DNA from: Marsupella aquatica
Taxonomy: Eukaryota > Plantae > Marchantiophyta
Assembly: GCA_973895155.1 (NCBI GenBank)
Contig: OZ316896.1
Span: forward strand, 11,398,795-11,462,794
DNA: 64,000 nt
Reading direction: 5' to 3'
The translations under genes and the position numbers were made by a program. How positions within the stretch are numbered: position 1 is the first letter of the stretch; each line of letters begins with the position of its first letter. Positions 60,960 through 64,000 of the stretch are shown here, piece after piece. The notes beneath the pieces are model-generated. The model was not told where the DNA came from. It searched no databases and was given only the letters and a program-made list of their open reading frames with translations.

Positions 60960-62768
60960 CTACAAAATGTTTAGCTGCAAATCCTTGTACCCATGCTCTG
61001 CTTTGTGCTTTTCAAAAAGCTCCTCCATGGCAGTGATGAACTTTCCAAGTACCTCAGCGACCTCGTCTCGAGACGGCGTTAAATTCTTCGTCACCTCAAG
61101 GGGCTTTCCCACCACTATGTTGACTGGCTGGCGGTATGGCAAAAAGGTTCCGTACATGCCCCAGAAGAACATTGGGGTGAACCCCAGTCTCCGAGAGAGG
61201 CTATGGTACCACTTTCCCGTGGGCTTTCTGTAATGGTAAACCTCACTCTGGCCAAAGCAAAATACAGGGACCAATGGAGTACCTGCCTCCATGGCACACC
61301 GTACAAATCCGAATCTTTCCCTCAAGAAAATTGTCTCTTGCCCTGGCTTCATATGTAAACATTCCTGAACTCCGCCTGTGCAACAAACGAAACAGCAGCC
61401 ATCAATGAAAGAATTGGTTACTGCCTTTTGTTTCGGTTAATGTAGACGGATTAAAGCATCTGCTAGCTTCCTAAAAGCACTTCGAAGGCATTTTTCCTTT
61501 TGCTTGAGCAACTGAAGGGAAACGCTAGATTCGGCCACCCCTTCATTTGTGGAATGGGGAATAGCGACGAATGATATCAACAGGTAAACGCCTTACAAGC
61601 TCAATTTTCTGGCCATGGCCTGGATCCTTGGAGAAACTGAACCGTACTCTGCTGATATGTTCTACAATTTAGTGGAAACGTTGAAAGAGTTGGGGCGAGA
61701 AAGTTTGCAACGATGTGTTTAAACGCACTCTATTTGCATCCTGGTACGGTTGCTCAATCCAGTAATACAGCTCGTGATATCGGTTCCCTTTGTTTAAGAC
61801 CCTTCACGAAATAAATTGAACATGTCCTAGATAGAAAGGCAAGCCCAGTCACAACAGCTCTATGATGAAGCAAGACACTGCGAACACTAAATGTCGACGA
61901 GCGTCATTCCATTTCCACATCTTGCAAAAGGTTCAGCGCTACATGGCTAAGTGGAGTCCTTTGCTTGCCCCTCTGTCCCACGTTCGCAGAACACCATAAC
62001 TATGTGGACTCATATGTGAAACAATCAGGTAAGCGGGGGAAAACCAGCAAGAGAGAACATAGAAAGGTCAGTTTGATTCCACAAAGATTTGCCTTGGGCT
62101 TAGAAGACTTGTATGTCACAATGGCTCTTGCTCAAATCAGAGCTCTAAATTCGAGTGAAGGCCAGAATTCAGCACAAAACTAACTCAAAATGGAAGTCCT
62201 CAGAGCAATCCTCACCTGGAACAACCACCACAGTGGTCCCATCGTTGAGCAGCTTGGAAAAAAGCTTTCTGTTAGCAGGAATCAAACCCATCCACGTCCA
62301 CAAATGGCGCACGATTGGAGTCCACAAAAGTATAGTGCTCCCAGCAAATTTAATCTTCTTCCAGGGCAAGACACCACTGTGGGTCGTCATTGATACAAGC
62401 CCCACAGGTAGCACGGAATGCGGCTCCACGGCAAGAAGATAGGGGCGCTCCGAGTCCAACGCAGCTATGTCCTCCACATGCACTTTGATGGGAAAGTGCG
62501 AAGGGACGGTCTTCCAGACCCATTCGGACACGGTTTTGGCGAACTGGGTGTCGGCGAAAATTGGGATAAACATCTGAGACATCCACACCGAAACTGCAGT
62601 CAAGGCCCACAATCTGGGCAGAAGGAGAAAGCAGAGGAAAATTACTGTGCTGCCTATATGGAACCCTCCCATCCATATCGCCAACGCTGCAATCTCCCCC
62701 GTTTGCTTCCTTAAGCGGGTAATAAACTTGCTCTCTCCATACGCCTTGCCACTGTCCATGATTGCCAT
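60960..62768 (-). CDS. DGAT2: Diacylglycerol O-acyltransferase 2, two exons
   Basis: Exon 1 62768-62216 (ATG 62768 or 62759; TM hairpin, HFP, EPHSVLP, RHLWTWMGL) and exon 2 61375-60960, joined at VVPG|GVQE by a GT-AG intron. RERFGFVRCAME.G.PLVPVFCFGQ and VVGKP motifs. Confidence 0.93.
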
Positions 62769-62948
62769 GGAGAACAATGTAATCGTCTCCACGCGGAGGA
62801 CACCTTCAACTAGAACCCTGCAAAACGTCTCTCTACACCAGGAGATTTCTCCAATCTGTCCCTTGTCCAAATTGAGAATCCGTGCACTGTCGACTGACTG
62901 ATTCCTCCACTGGCACTTAGCTGGGTAATCCTGTCGTCCCCTCGGACG

Positions 62949-63108
62949 AAGGTAGATGCTCAAATGTGTGCAGATCTCCTTTCTGGAATTCGGTTAAATG
63001 GACAAATCCAAAGGTAGATGATCAAATGACTGCAGATTTCCTTTCTGGAATTTTGGCCACTGGATGCATCAAAGGTTGATGATCAAATGACTGTAGAAGT
63101 CCTTTCTA
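62949..63108. repeat. ~60-bp tandem repeat x3 upstream of DGAT2
   Basis: AAGGTWGATGMTCAAATG..TGYAGA..TCCTTTCT at ~62949, 63011 and 63072. Confidence 0.75.
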
Positions 63109-63793
63109 TCATCGGACAAATCAACAGGTACGTGATTAAACGAGTGCACATCCGATTTCTGCTGCTCAGTGAGTACATCAAATCTGTAGATCCTATCGTT
63201 CCTCGTCTTTGTGTTCCCCTTCAAACTTAGTGGCTGACAGAATGGCAGCCACAATGTGGGGAACTGGAATTGTAGTCCAGCCCACTAGCTCATCATCTTT
63301 GACAGGTGACACAGCTACAAACATTCCAAAGCTACCCAATTCACTCACGAAACGCGCACCCATCCGTCCAATCGTGTCCACAGCATTCTCCAACACATCA
63401 TGCTGCCGACCGAAATTCTGGGCAAACCGAAATAAAACTTCGCCGGCAGCATTGTTACTGGACTACTAGAGAGCCGACCAACCCCATCACGATCGGAGGA
63501 AGGCCCACTGCTGAGACGAAAAGACGGTCGGAATCCGATGTCCAATAATGGTCCACGGATGGACGCCGTGGGAGCTGCCGGAGTCTCCGGGGCGGACAAA
63601 ATCTCCATCATTCTGTTTCTGGCAGCACAATTCTCCGAGTTGCGTGGAAATCCAGGTGGGGGGCCTGTCAGCTTGTGAATGGCGTGGGTCCTGTCAGCTT
63701 GTGAATGGCGTGGGTCCAACGAGAGACGAGATTCTGTTTCTTGCTTTGTTTCTTTCGTTCTTAAAGAATGATGGTTCCAATACCAGAATCATT

Positions 63794-64000
63794 TCACGCC
63801 ATTTCATTCTGCCTCTGCTCTGCTCTGCTCTGCTCTGGAAGCTTCAGTCCATTTGAAACGCCATTGGAAAGGCCGAAGGCTTCTGATCTGAGGCTTGAGG
63901 AGCTCCGCAAAGTCGAGGCCGAATCATTGAATGTTGCTCCATGGGCAGGGACAATTTCTCGGTCCATCCGAGCTTCATTTTCCAGGCTTTTAGCTTCTTC
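63794..64000 (-). CDS. Possible 3' end of a gene entering from beyond the right edge
   Basis: A 69-codon frame is open from the window edge to TGA at 63794 (EEAKSLENEARMDREIVP...). No recognisable motif. Confidence 0.25.
   Translation of the reverse strand, partial: EEAKSLENEARMDREIVPAHGATFNDSASTLRSSSSLRSEAFGLSNGVSNGLKLPEQSRAEQRQNEMA

Overview
Eukaryotic, intron-containing DNA from a land plant; the gene complement and divergence suggest a non-seed plant such as a bryophyte or lycophyte (inference). Host genes, left to right: an 11+-exon phosphatidylserine decarboxylase of the PSD1 type (minus), a multi-exon At2g12400-like membrane protein (minus), an intronless MLO protein (minus), an orphan 2OG-Fe(II) dioxygenase C-terminal exon (minus), an intronless nepenthesin-type aspartic protease (plus), an intronless neutral ceramidase (plus) and a two-exon DGAT2 (minus). 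The most unusual element is at about 37.9-43.5 kb. An 8-exon DDE transposase gene (754 codons by manual splicing, one nonsense codon, SAP domain inserted in the catalytic core) faces, tail-to-tail, a spliced gene whose C-terminus resembles the P2X7 cytoplasmic 'ballast'/KolX domain. This is the two-gene layout of Kolobok DNA transposons, which I know mainly from animals and protists, not land plants. I could not find its terminal repeats. Intergenic DNA is rich in short tandem duplications, degenerate arrays, hairpins and MITE-like relics. All family assignments come from recognising motifs by eye; no database search was run.
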